NCBI RefSeq assembly: GCF_006345805.1
Contig: NC_043001.1
Span: 104,656,001 to 104,720,000, forward strand
DNA length: 64,000 bases
Direction of reading: 5' to 3'
Source: Octopus sinensis
Lineage: Eukaryota
In this document: piece by piece, positions 63,040 through 64,000 of the stretch
Layout of the letters: every line of letters begins with the position of its first letter
Position numbering within the stretch: position 1 is the stretch's first letter
The notes under the pieces: model-generated
Told to the model about the DNA's origin: nothing
Seen by the model: the letters and a program-made list of their open reading frames with translations, nothing else
Databases searched by the model: none
Program-made: the position numbers and the translations under genes

Positions 63040-63199
63040 AAAAATGGTAAGACAACAAAAGAATGAAAGAGACCTCGATATTATGTAAATAGAGGAATTT
63101 CCGTTGGCCGGATAACTGAAGAGATGGTGGCATGGATTTCCACCTCGGAATCCGAAACTCGAGTTTTATCATGGCTACCGAATAATTGTCACATATTAT

Positions 63200-63205
<6 letters not shown>
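63040..63205. mobile_element. short copy of the 40.6-kb Penelope-like family between (TA)n and (CA)n tracts
   Basis: gagacctcgatattatgtaaatagagga matches 40616-40643; the rest matches 41214-41310. Confidence 0.75.
63107..63175 (+). ncRNA. minimal type I hammerhead ribozyme candidate
   Basis: Stem I GATAA(63111-15)/TTATC(63166-70); core CTGAAGA(63116-22); stem II GAT..ATC plus one extra C; GAAA(63154-57); palindromic stem III AACTCGAGTT; cleavage triplet GUU, after 63165. Confidence 0.65.
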
Positions 63206-63260
<55 letters not shown>

Positions 63261-64000
63261 CACACACGTGATTGTGTCTTTATTTGTTCTGGATCACCGC
63301 TTCACAACTGGTCTTGGTGTGTTTACGTCCCCGTAACCTAACGTTTCGGCCAAGGCAACCGACAGAATAAGTACCAGGCTTTTAAAAATACTGGAATTGA
63401 TTCGTTTGAGTAAGATTCTTCAACACAGTGCTCCAGCATGGCCGGAATCTAATGACTAAAACAAGTAAACGAGAAAAAGAGAAAAACGTGTGTTTCCAAC
63501 AGTTTTGATCGCGTATTTTTCGACAAATTTCTTTTGATTGATGAGTTTGGCAAAATTTCCCAACCCATTCCAAGGATATTCTGTTCTACTTTAGGCACAA
63601 GGCCCGACATTTTTGGAGAGGGAGACCAATCGATTAGATCAACCCCAATACACAACTGGCACTTAATTTATCGACCCTGAAAGAATGAAATGCAAAGTCA
63701 ACCTCGGCTGAATTTGAACTCAGAACATAAAGACAGACGAAATATCTATTTCTTTACTACCCACAAGGGGCTAAACACAGAGAGGACAAACAAATTAAGT
63801 AGATTACATCGACCCCAGTGCGTAACTGGTACTTATTTAATCGACGAGCGGCGAGCTGGCAGAAACATTAGCATGCCGGGCGAAAAGCTTAGCAGTATTT
63901 CGTCTGCGCTATGTTTTGAATTCAAATTCCGCCGAGGACGACTTTGCCTTTCATCCTTTCGGGGTTGATTAAATAAGTACCAGTTACGCACTGGGGTCGA

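Overview
AT-rich, microsatellite- and repeat-dense animal genomic DNA. The SINE/RTE families look like those of an octopus or other coleoid cephalopod (recognised from memory, not searched). One host gene can be assembled by hand: NSFL1C/p47, a p97/VCP cofactor (UBA-SEP-SHP-UBX), on the + strand with 10 coding exons from 15455 to 57237, giving 1107 nt or 368 aa. The ORF track misses it almost entirely. Its last intron carries U12 (minor spliceosome) signals. The rest is mostly mobile DNA: a frameshifted CR1-group LINE, a decayed R4/Dong-like RLE LINE, an RTE LINE with an uninterrupted ~980-codon EN-RT ORF containing a PHD-like finger, further RTE fragments with tandemly amplified 3'UTRs, three tRNA-headed SINE families, a solo LTR, mariner relics, and hAT, MULE, piggyBac and Helitron-type non-autonomous elements. 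The most interesting signal is a family of short fold-back Penelope-like elements (GIY-YIG C-terminal motif) carrying minimal type I hammerhead-ribozyme motifs at about 41.2 kb and 63.1 kb. No rRNA, true tRNA or CRISPR array is supported.
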